A DNA stretch of 60,000 nucleotides. It comes from Amphiscolops sp. MND2022 (taxonomy: Eukaryota). The translations under genes and the position numbers were made by a program. The stretch lies in NCBI GenBank assembly GCA_964187785.1, contig OZ076409.1:15936001-15996000 (forward strand), read 5' to 3'. The notes beneath the pieces are model-generated. The model was not told the origin of the DNA. It was given only the letters and a program-made list of their open reading frames with translations, and ran no database searches. Below, piece after piece: positions 52,401 to 60,000 of this stretch (its first letter is position 1; the number at the start of each line of letters is the position of its first letter).

Positions 52401-52899
52401 GTGTCTGGTTGAACAGACGCTAAATTCAAGGCCTTTGACGCCTGTCAGTGATGATCCAGAGGATCTAGAGGCATTAACGCCTAACCATTTTCTACTGGGC
52501 AGACCTGCAATTTCGGAGCCATTATTTCCGGATGCATCAAGATACGTGAACTGTCGAAAGCTCTACAAAGCGTCTCAAGCATATCATGAAATGATATGGA
52601 AAAGATGGGCTCGCGATTATCTGCCGCAATGGAACGTGCGACCTAAATGGGGGAGCAATGACGTGCGAGCCCTCCAAGTAGGTGATCTGGTGTGGGTCAT
52701 TGATGAGTCAGTGAAGCGGTGCAAAAATCAAATGGCTAGAGTTTTGGATGTCTTCCCGGGCAGTGATGGAGTGGTTCGATCAGCAAAGATACAGACTTCA
52801 AATGGGATATTCGTTCGACCCGCTGTGAAGCTGGCGCCACTATTGGACGATTGTTTTCAGAGAGAAAACAGGGCCGGCGATGTTGGCGCCAGAGATTGA
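46471..52899 (+). CDS. Bel/Pao Gag-Pol polyprotein (2142 aa from the first ATG)
   Basis: Coiled-coil N-terminus, DUF1759, three Zn knuckles, protease ICDTGS, RT YMDD, RNase H FSDAS and integrase HHCC/DYFGP/SDNG. The stop codon lies inside the 3' LTR. Confidence 0.97.
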   Translation: MASNVIPELDITWFKDDKRLKDLKKSGDLAKWKAGVDALDNSFKNLNVIVSTDEFSKKTDWTPDTKLVVLGKFYSEFSTEKQKFMDLVTSITSMLKTKALEELLAHQKRILFGLDKAVELWTTNNAALKWIVKKSELLITKASIVEYGKLEDKQRDILQSQAELKREINALIGQKDRVSKIRQLLQRFTHRLEEHRKLQQQKRQLIKPLLLTLQIEEADERAQEKDLLGWLSYLNEREEQNARDKQSQMVHQNFDLPVASREGEERVQNVETTMILSDNENEDAERVAGQGNAGAIGGTPAADVPTEEPNPNVGAAEVSVVSPQKAFPITEEPKDIMGSARKQLGSIPSSRSSRRRVELEAQIFEEQTEAEIRKKQQEIELKRKQREMELAIAKEELELEEMTRKKQLHLKMKKLEIMERASSRSSICSMDHSETEKAATTKDWLESSRNLFNHSNEDQRQPNLYVKSEEQGTSYDFNDDQEYVSKDPSLPGKQTDVKRKTIKFNPERMFVPQTISTPAASNSPLKQWQRNQPLATTSFGALPAVMPPMKLPKLVLDKFAGDPLEWPEWSGQFLATVDQAGVPDSVKMNYLKTLVTGRAKSSIDGMGYSGGMYQVAWQTLEQDFGRPELVVNAQLKRIHSYGFIKSHDSVDIIKYSQVVSGCVNVLTQYGYESDIASESVLNSAVRKLPIELKNKWLSHLQRFDPTYKSLRVFSAWLKNIAQVQENIRLQFGNAGDKTKSTTNKDKPKTTSFAASTDSSTKGKPSCPLKDGEHKLWQCELFKNMKLAERYETVKKYNLCFSCLSSGHRIGQCKSNRLCGKNGCGKHHNRLLHSEEKPDSSKMESKGADGEQPNPVAIANSCSGSLQIVALRLSHGNKSCDTLAICDTGSTLSFVDATLKKELQAQGTGLTLNIAGINGTKQMQSEKVKLEITTPTARETVLFHVHPSMFLGNKSYDYHSIKQKYKHLDVLPNAVFDLSKVKVVLGQDNYHLLYPVEYKKGHKNEPWAVRNKLGWTLSGPLPKHEVANVASATSHLASEDSELSVQLKSWFSMESYATRVNVSGRSKDDKRALAQLEQTTKLVDGRYEVGLPWAEDNPKIENNYFSAHSQFCSLERRLEKDLSLKARYRDTIKVDLENEYVRKLDEEELGETKDETQWYVPHHPVINPHKPEKVRRVCNAAAKFRGTSLNDMLLTGPDLLQNLVGIIFRFREHPIALTADIEAMFLQVKVPPQDCKVLRFLWRNNPSDPISVYEYTRHIFGAKSSPTCANFALQRNAKDNEKDHPMAAKIIQRNFYMDDFAKSVETEEEARFVYQDVRETLRLGGFNLLKWICNSEAVCNSIPEKDRSDAVNKTFEAEPHTSSLLGLQWKVEADELEVCRGADKEVPVKITQRAVLSFVASVFDPLGLFAPFTMRMRMLLKTIWAKTGQQWDQEIDIDDQTVFLTWANELNQLPSSPLRRRYFMSQFDKVDLHIFSDASLESMCIVAYIRALTPSGTEVSFVTGKCRIAPMKQQTIPKLELQAALYSVRLRQLIEKEHDIKMDSVTHWTDSMTVLRWLHAAHKKQQVFVANRVGEILDQSTVDEWRHVKGSMNPADIGTRGVTLEQLRESEWLHGPAWLQDEPENWPEQQLVEHEDEQTWTIASRESILDWTRFSQFKRLLNMLVYCRRIKNKRRGPLMPDELNSAELTILQLSQRESYPELYEKLIKSSGKPAKNDLAKLCPFLDKQGTIRLKGRLNKSMLPDETKHPILLSAKHPAIVLLVRQAHVDNHHEGTEHVRNILQQQYWITGLRNALRRIKYSCVQCRKAASQPFQPHMADLPKERVQQNVYPFSNTGVDYFGPFEVTFFRKTVKYWCCLFTCLVTRAVHIEVVNGLDTDACMMAITRFMARRGKPLKIISDNGTNFVGAAREFKECFSEWNQDAISENLAKQRVVWQFNPPGAPHFGGIWERLVRSCKKSMIAILGSRRLTLPVLTTTMCLVEQTLNSRPLTPVSDDPEDLEALTPNHFLLGRPAISEPLFPDASRYVNCRKLYKASQAYHEMIWKRWARDYLPQWNVRPKWGSNDVRALQVGDLVWVIDESVKRCKNQMARVLDVFPGSDGVVRSAKIQTSNGIFVRPAVKLAPLLDDCFQRENRAGDVGARD

Positions 52900-53936
52900 G
52901 AAACCAACTTGAACATATTAGCTGGAAATCTTGAGTTACAAAACTTTGTAAAACACTCGAAACTCATAACCATAATTCACTAACCTGTGCTGTTGTGAAT
53001 ATTTGAAGTCAAATGATTAATTTGGTAATGGCGCTTAATGTTTGTACCGAAGTTCATTGTACTTTGACTCTATTCGAACGAGAGCGGTGGCGTGATTTGA
53101 GTCAAATGTTATCTATCCTACCTATCGGTCAAATTGCCGTTCATATTGCAGTTTCATTGATAGATTTACCTCTTTATGGAAAATTTTGGAAGGAATTTCC
53201 AAATTAGAGGTGTGAGAGGTCCGAAAACGTGATGGAAAAAGTGATCTTATGTAATTTTGTTATTTGAATATCCTGTGATTTTAAAGGTTATCAACTGTAC
53301 ATCCGCTGAGTAGAGTATAAATTTGACCAATTTTGATACCATATTCAGAACGCTAATTAAAATATTCTTGAAACTTAAATGTCTTTGACAGCTGTTGAGT
53401 AGCTACCCCGGTTCCGGTTTAGACAGGTTGTGACTGGGAGGGTAGCATTGCACTACTCAACGATCGAAAAAATAAACGATCAGCTGTTTTAGGAGTCCAA
53501 ATCAATCAGAAAAGTACTCTTGAAATAGCTTCATTAGGCGTAGTAGGTCTAAGATCTAGGAAAGCGTTCTATTATCGCTCATCGTAGTAGCGAGATTAAA
53601 AGCTCATCGTAAGAGCTATTCAATTGAAACGACAACCCTCTTTGGAGGCTTGGGTGGAAACAATCCGTTGAGGACGATCAGTTGCTGTGGTTGAGCGTAC
53701 GACCTCCGGACAACAAGAGGTGAAGCAGATTTCCAGTCAAAAGAGGGATTGGGATCGAAGTGTTGCTTAGCCTGAAGAGTCTGGTGTTGAGGAGCACGAA
53801 GCCGCTAGCAGCTGAGAACTCATTGAACAGATACAGTCCTTTAGAAAGTTTGTTCCTGCTTTTGGCCGAAGAAGTGGGAAGGATCAGGGACCGGCAGAAA
53901 GCTCAATTCCGCTGTAAGATTTGAGCGGCCGTTACA
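52881..53936 (+). repeat. 3' LTR (1056 bp), preceded by PPT-like AGAGAAAACAGGGCCGGCGA
   Basis: Direct repeat of 45353-46409. Confidence 0.97.
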
Positions 53937-54124
53937 AACCATTTGAACAAACTCAAAACTCAATTGGTTGGCTTTTTTCCGAAAAAATGGGACTAGATTT
54001 ATAATTGCATGTACAAGTTGCAAAATGGTAATTCTTGAGAAATGGTAATTTGCATGTTAACTAGACTTAAAACAGGATAAATTAGGTAATCGTTTTAGTC
54101 AGACGAGTTATTCTTTATTTATAG

Positions 54125-54188
54125 CTCCGTTGCCTACGACCATGCACAGCGATTGAAGATGAAGAGCTTGTTCGAAGAATTCGACCAG
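54125..54188 (+). CDS. Calmodulin-like EF-hand protein exon 2
   Basis: Polypyrimidine TAG acceptor; SVAYDHAQRLKMKSLFEEFDQ is the entering helix of EF-hand 1; CAG|GT donor. Confidence 0.8.
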
Positions 54189-55120
54189 GTTGCTTGTTTG
54201 TCCAACTTGAAAAAAACTTGAAATTTTGATCGCTTTTCATCAAAAAAGCGGTGTTAAAAAAGCATCTATTTTCACGCCTTCGTAGGCATTAATAGGCTTG
54301 AGAAACGTCATGAATCCAAACAGTCCGTAATTGCATCCGTAGATAAAAGCACTGTCAAACTGCGGTACATTACGTGCTTTGCTTTCAGAGTAACCGATCC
54401 TATGAAAGCGAGCATACACTGATCCAAATAACAAATTAACGCAGCCATTACGTAAAATTCATCTACATTTGGCATTGAGTCATCGTCCACAGTTTAAAAA
54501 ATGTCCATAATAGAAAAACTAGAATTTTTCTGTGAGGCAAATGTTCAGCAACAGGCGGCGCATGAATACTACTTTAGTGGAGAAAATGAGCCTTAGCAGT
54601 AACAGGCGGTCTTTTCACACAAGAAATCCTGAAAATTGGCTTTAAATTCAACCAATATACCATATATGGCATGATGGTTGCTAATTGAAGGATCAAACGA
54701 GGCGGAGGTTAACATGGAATGATGCGGACATTGCGTCACTCATAACTTTTTATACGGTTACTGACTTGAAATGACGTCACAACATCTATTGTAATTTATA
54801 ATTAGAGTTCAACATTTTTTTGTAGAAAAATGGCAACCACATTAACATGGTTCGAAAATATTCAATTGCATCGTCGTCAACAGTGATAAAAGCTGATAAT
54901 TCAAACCCTCCAGAAAAAGTTTCAACAGTGGCGGCGTTACAAATTCCTCCTCAAAAGCGCGTACGGAGAAGCAAGCCTTTACGCATCAGTGAATACAGCT
55001 CATTCACAAATGTTGCTCGCTAGAAAGCCAGGCCAAGTAAAATCGCTACTATTTCCGAGCCATTTGTTTTATCAAGAAGCATCGAATGAACTTGAAAGGC
55101 AACAAGCAACCGCGGAATAG

Positions 55121-55198
55121 GACAACAGCGGAAAACTAGATTGCCGAGAGTTCCAACTGCTGCTTCAAAAGTTCGGCATTTCTTTGCCATACGACCAG
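55121..55198 (+). CDS. Calmodulin-like EF-hand protein exon 3
   Basis: DNSGKLDCREFQLLLQKFGISLPYDQ completes the loop DQDNSGKLDCRE begun in exon 2; 78 bp, phase 0/0. Confidence 0.82.
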
Positions 55199-55711
55199 GA
55201 ATAGTTGAAAAATTTTCAGCTAAGCAAAAACTGAATGCACAAAATTACCGAAAAAAAGATATTCAGCGACGATGCAATCCTGACTTGCAACTTGTATGTT
55301 TTATGCAACAATTTTCGACGAATTCAAAACGCAGGAAAGCGTCATTTTCGGACAGAATGACAAGATTTTGAAGTCTTACCTCCTCCAATTCGCAGGAACA
55401 GTTGAGACAGATAATCTGTAACTGCTAATTTGTAACGGTAAACTTAAATATTTTTGATCGATTTGAAACAAATGAGTGACCTTGAAGAACGCACGTCGAA
55501 TTTGATATTGTTTTAAACGGATTTTACCGTACATATTCGATTTTTCACAACCCTGAAAAACCAGTGACAAAAAATTGAAGATTGGTCAGCTCGGTTTAAA
55601 TTTCAGAATTTTTGAATTTCTTGGCTCAGAGATACGATGGCAACTTCAAGTATTCAAAGTGCCCGTTTTTCATCTCAGTTTTTACAATTGTCATTCTTAC
55701 CTTAACTTGTG

Positions 55712-56109
55712 TTTTTAGACGGCTTTTCTTTCAAGGAAAAGTGTCCGAATTACAGTGATTAGTTTTTTGTCAATCTCACTCTGAATAGTCTTTTTGTGCA
55801 CGGTGCACATTTATGATAGGTACTTAGTATTTAATTTTGAACGCAACGAAAGCCGTCCCGCTTTCCAGTTTTTTTGGCACTATGAGATTTTCCCCTTTTG
55901 GCTTTGTGAAATTTTTTTTGAAAATTATTGTCTCCAAAGGGTTCCCCTCTCACGTTTTTTGGCACTACGAGACTTCCAAAATTCTTCTCTGTTTTCGACA
56001 CTTTTTAGTGAGTTTTTCATAACAAAACGTCCTGTGCATATTTCATAAACTTTGCGCTTTTTGAGCCTTAGGTATAGCGCCGACTTGGAGATGTTGCCGT
56101 CTTATTTTT
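55712..56109 (+). mobile_element. Non-autonomous Helentron/DINE-like element in EF-hand intron 3
   Basis: TTTTTAGACGGC stem-loop at the start and AGCGCCGACTT plus a hairpin at the end. It is a reverse-orientation relative of 12111-12590. Confidence 0.65.
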
Positions 56110-56145
56110 GAACCAATTGAACAGTATTCCTGCACATAAAAATAG

Positions 56146-56490
56146 TGTGTGAAATGCATCACGGAACAAACAGGCGGAAACGAGGAACTAACGTTTGAGG
56201 ACTTTCTAGACATCTACCCGAAAATCAAGCCGAAAAGTTTCGAAGAGGAGATCAAAAATGCGTTTGAATTGGTGGATTTGGACAGAAGCGGAAAACTGGG
56301 TCGAGACGAGATTAAGGCCATGATGATATCGGCAGGCGTGAAAGACATCACAGACGCCGAAGTAGAGTTTCTTATTTCTGAATACGACAAAGATGGCGAC
56401 GATGAATTGAACTTTGATGAGTTTAAGGCTTTCATGATGGATGACATATCAGATAACAGGATTTTCAAATCTGCAAACAACCAAATTTGA
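56146..56490 (+). CDS. Calmodulin-like EF-hand protein exon 4 (degenerate EF2, EF3, EF4, stop)
   Basis: Loops DLDRSGKLGRDE and DKDGDDELNFDE; TAG acceptor at 56143-56145. Confidence 0.9.
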   Translation, partial: CVKCITEQTGGNEELTFEDFLDIYPKIKPKSFEEEIKNAFELVDLDRSGKLGRDEIKAMMISAGVKDITDAEVEFLISEYDKDGDDELNFDEFKAFMMDDISDNRIFKSANNQI

Positions 56491-56815
56491 CTCGCAGACT
56501 GACGCTAATCATCTTGAACAAATATTGCAACACTTTTGTCCAGCAAAGTAGATTCAGATTTCACACTATACTCGCAGTTGCGGTGTTTGGATAGAGTTGT
56601 TAGCTGATTATTGGGGGATGGCGGACATGAAAACATGGACACGCGATTAATCATGCTTTAGATTTGCATTCCAGTTCGTTATTACCCCATTTTGAATAGT
56701 AAACTTGCAACCGATTAGTCATGAAATTGCTAAATTTTTAGAACGAATTGGCTGTTTTGTTTCTAAGGTTCCGCATAATTGTTTTCTAAGGTTCTGCCTA
56801 CAGTGAAGAAGTTAA

Positions 56816-57301
56816 CCATAAATGGACGAGGAAATTTCTGGATCCATCCAAAATTTTGGTACTTAAATTTCAAACCGCAATATCTCCTAAATTAATCAAC
56901 TCCGACAAACGATTTATGGCCCGTTCTAAAGAAGACAATCAGGGCTTCGCCACACTGGCTCCGGACTTTGCGACAAAACTTTGCACGCCTCGCGTCTCTG
57001 GCTGCATTTCAGCATGTTTCAAAACATGCTAGGGCCACTTTGACCCAATCTTGATACTTCAGTGGGATAAAGTGGCCACACAAGAAAACAGGAAAATTTG
57101 CACTCATTTTTTTGATTTTTTGGTCCCGTTTCCTTGATTTCGGAGACATCAAGTCAGTATTCCGTGAAAAGGTGTGCAATGCTATGTAATATCGTCCGAA
57201 AATCTCATTCAAGAGTTTTCTTCGCCATACGGCCAGCTGAGGCCTTCAGAAGTTTGCAGAAACTAACGGTACGAATTCAACCCTATCTCGTCCATTTAGG
57301 G
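56816..57301. mobile_element. piggyBac-like MITE (486 bp)
   Basis: TTAA on both sides and a 15-bp TIR CC(A/C)TAAATGGACGAG. Confidence 0.8.
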
Positions 57302-58894
57302 TTAATTTAAAAGGAAATTTTTTCGAACAATAAAATACAGCCAGAGTTGGCTTTCAATAGAATCAAAAAAATTAAATCCAGAATCAGTTTATATTGATTT
57401 AAGAAAGAAAATATATTTCATCTCAATTAAGAAATTCAGGAAAATTTGATCAGAAAACATTTTCTTGTCTTCGACGACAATTTCATGAAGGAAAACAAAT
57501 TATACAAAATGGTAGATTAATTGAGTCAAAAATTGGGTCAATTCCGTTGAATTCAATCAGTAATCAATATAATTTAAAATCTGATTACATCAATTATAAA
57601 AATTTGATTTTCTATAATTTTGTTTCCTCCATAGGTTTGTTGATTATGATCTATATTTGATTCAAGAGACAAAAAAAAGCGGAGTGGCATTGAGATACTT
57701 TTCTCGAGGGTTAGCAAAAACGTATAAACTTATACAAGGAAAGTTTCGGCTTATATACATGCCTTCACCTGACCAAAACCTTGCTATGATAAATGGTCAC
57801 AATACTGAAATATTTTGTAGAATACGTCGAAATGGCAACGTCGTTCGTCGATAATTTTCAAAAAGTTGGCCGAAGTTGGCTGGTAAAGCAACTGTGAGAC
57901 TTGTGTAAGCATTTAGACCGCAGTATTGAGACCCAAGTGCTTGAAATGAAACATTCACGGATTGCACTGTCCAGGAATAAAATGGTATCCTTCAATTTTC
58001 TCGGTTTGCATTGCCATACTCAATAGGATAATACCTCGAAGGACATTTAACCCCAGTGGAAGACGGTATTGCAACAATAATAATGAACTTGAATGCATGT
58101 ATTGAACTTTTTGCCAACACAACGAATTCAATTCATTTCAATGCCTGAAGTAGAAGTTTTTTCGTTTACAGCTACCATAAAAATAATTATGCACTTTTTT
58201 GAATTTCAAATTTATTTTTACAATATTTTGCAAATTGTCGTAATTCAAATCCTTTTCCTTACCATAACACGTGAATTAAAATCAGCAATCGTCTAAAACA
58301 AATATATTGAAAAAACAAAATACATCAAATTTAACCACACACTTGTGCGTGATTGAACAGTCAATTGATTAACTTAACGATGCATTAACAGATTCAGTAT
58401 ATAAACCTGCGGTCTCGACTGAAATTAATTTTTCGATGCATGAACAAGCCATCGAATAACTAGTACATAATAGGTAAAAATTCCTTTTCCCTAACACGAA
58501 GTTTTTCGTTTGAACAAAACATTTTCACACACTTTGAATATGATTGTCTTGTCTCTGAGTTAACCGTTTTTACTACTCAAGAGAAAAAGCTGTTGACTTA
58601 CTATTCAGGAATGCGTGACTTCATAAGAGAAATAGTGTCAACAAATATTTATAGCTGGAACCTAAAGCTACTGCCCGTAGCTGCTCCCGCGTCTTAAACA
58701 ACAATTACCAAGTTAACAAAATATGGGCTCGCGATCGTCACGATGTCTTCTACTATTGAAACGGTTCGACTTTAAAATCGTTTACACAAACTTTCAGGAG
58801 AAATTAAACAGAAGATCGAGTTAACTATTTGAATCAGCTAGTAAACTGATCACGTCTAAAGATTTTAAAGTCCCAAGATTTGCAGCGAACTAAC

Positions 58895-59114
58895 CGAAAC
58901 ACAGCATGAAAGAATCGAACTTTGCATTAACCATTGCGATTGTTACCCAAGAGAGCATACTTATTAAAGCATGCAAGCTGTTATCACAGACAGCTCGCTT
59001 CAAACGACTTTGGTCATTCAGAGTAGGAAAAAAAGGTTGTTCTATTAGCCAACAGAAAATCAGGAGTATACACTCACAGCAAACCGACAGGATCTGAACA
59101 AGACTTGGTACCAT
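58895..59114 (-). CDS. TMEM267: TMEM267-like exon 1
   Basis: MVPSLVQ...LKRAVCDNSLHALISMLSW matches the TMEM267 RAxxDNxxHxxIxxxSW motif. The G|GTTAGT donor (phase 1) fits exon 2. The joined CDS is 612 nt. Confidence 0.87.
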
Positions 59115-59599
59115 GTGATGAATCAGGCAAAATCATAAACCTGAAAAGGCACTGATCAAAAAGCGCTGATAACGACTAATCAATTCGTAATTGAAATGTA
59201 CTTGGATTTTTTGTTCTTTTATTTCTTTTCTTCATTCTTTTTTCCCCACTATCAGTATCATGCATCTTCATCAATCAAGCGCCATGTGTGTCATGTTTTT
59301 TCTTCTCTTTATTCACTATCAGATATCACGGATCTTCGTCATCAATCAAATGCCATGTGTGTCATCATAATGGGAGAAGACACACACCCGTGTTCTGCAA
59401 CGAAAGGAGGAAACCCCATACCAGCCACTATCCCAATCAAAAACAAACAACCAAACTACTCATACCAGCCACAATCCCAGGCGGTAGAAAAAGTTTCAAA
59501 AAACCTACAATAATATACAGGTTTGCAAAAAAACGACTATATGTAATATATATCCCCTATTTGCGGGATGATGATTTGGTGCTTATTCATACAGCCGAA

Positions 59600-59890
59600 A
59601 ATGAAAATTTGGTCCCATACAGCCGAATTTAAATTACTAGCTTTTAGTGCTGTTACAGCCAATATGTTGGAACTTGATTTATTCACAGGTTCTTTTCTGA
59701 TCTGTCGGCCACAGCCTCTGTCGATCAGCTCTTTCATGTGAGTCCATTTCTCACAAGGAACTCGGTGTTGAACATTTTGTGTTCCCAGTGTCTGTCTAAA
59801 CTTTTTAAAAGCGTTTACGTTGTCACAGCGCACAACTGTTTCTGGCATTGAATTCCAATCCGCTACTGCAGCGACAGCAAAAAAGTTATA
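59600..59890 (-). mobile_element. 3' fragment of a CR1/L2-like LINE
   Basis: FFAVAAVADWNSMPETVVRCDNVNAFKK is a typical ORF2 C-terminal motif, followed by a 3' UTR-like tail. Boundaries are approximate. Confidence 0.6.
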
Positions 59891-59915
59891 TATAAAAGGT
59901 TTGCATATTTGTTGT

Positions 59916-60000
59916 ATGGCTCGGTCGCTTCGCTCCTTTCGCCAAGTAGCAACATTGAGGCATGGCCACATGACACGTCGCTCCGCTTCTCTTCGCTCCT
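59916..60000 (-). repeat. Copy of the GAGCGAAGCG foldback repeat family, cut by the window edge
   Basis: Reverse complement of ~33760-33840. Confidence 0.8.

Larger units (their letters stand above)
45353..53936 (+). mobile_element. Intact Bel/Pao LTR retrotransposon (8584 bp)
   Basis: TG...CA LTRs, 5-bp TSD AACCA (45348-45352 and 53937-53941), PBS, PPT and a single uninterrupted gag-pol ORF. Confidence 0.98.

Noticed and set aside
54240..54490. Minus-strand ORFs first considered as the TMEM267 N-terminal exon
   Set aside because: They lack the DNxxH motif. The exon at 59114-58895 matches the family and has the correct phase.

Overview
AT-rich, intron-containing, transposon-rich eukaryotic (animal-like) DNA. 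I reconstructed three spliced host genes by hand. (i) An AKAP1/spoonbill-like TM-KH-Tudor gene (minus strand, 8 coding exons, 36429-26499, ~994 aa). (ii) A TMEM267-like gene (minus, 3 exons, 59114-41624, ~203 aa). (iii) A calmodulin-like EF-hand gene (plus, 4 exons, 45307-56490, ~168 aa) nested antisense in TMEM267 intron 1. Mobile DNA includes a decayed Bel/Pao LTR element with an internal 3.53-kb tandem duplication, and an intact, very young Bel/Pao element (near-identical LTRs, AACCA TSD) inside intron 1 of the EF-hand gene. There is also a complete hAT element with an 8-bp TSD, a ~2.5-kb solo LTR, several non-autonomous Helentron-like elements, a ~1.27-kb tandem array with a tRNA-like Pol III cassette, MITEs and a CR1/L2 tail. 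The main observation is that at least four introns in two unrelated genes lack a polypyrimidine tract. Each instead carries, 6-13 nt upstream of the 3' AG, an intron-specific reverse complement of its own 5' splice site (8-14 bp), and two of them use non-GT donors (GC, GA). This suggests a structure-guided class of introns or a record of intron gain from TIR elements. All gene models are inferred from sequence alone and need RNA-seq confirmation.
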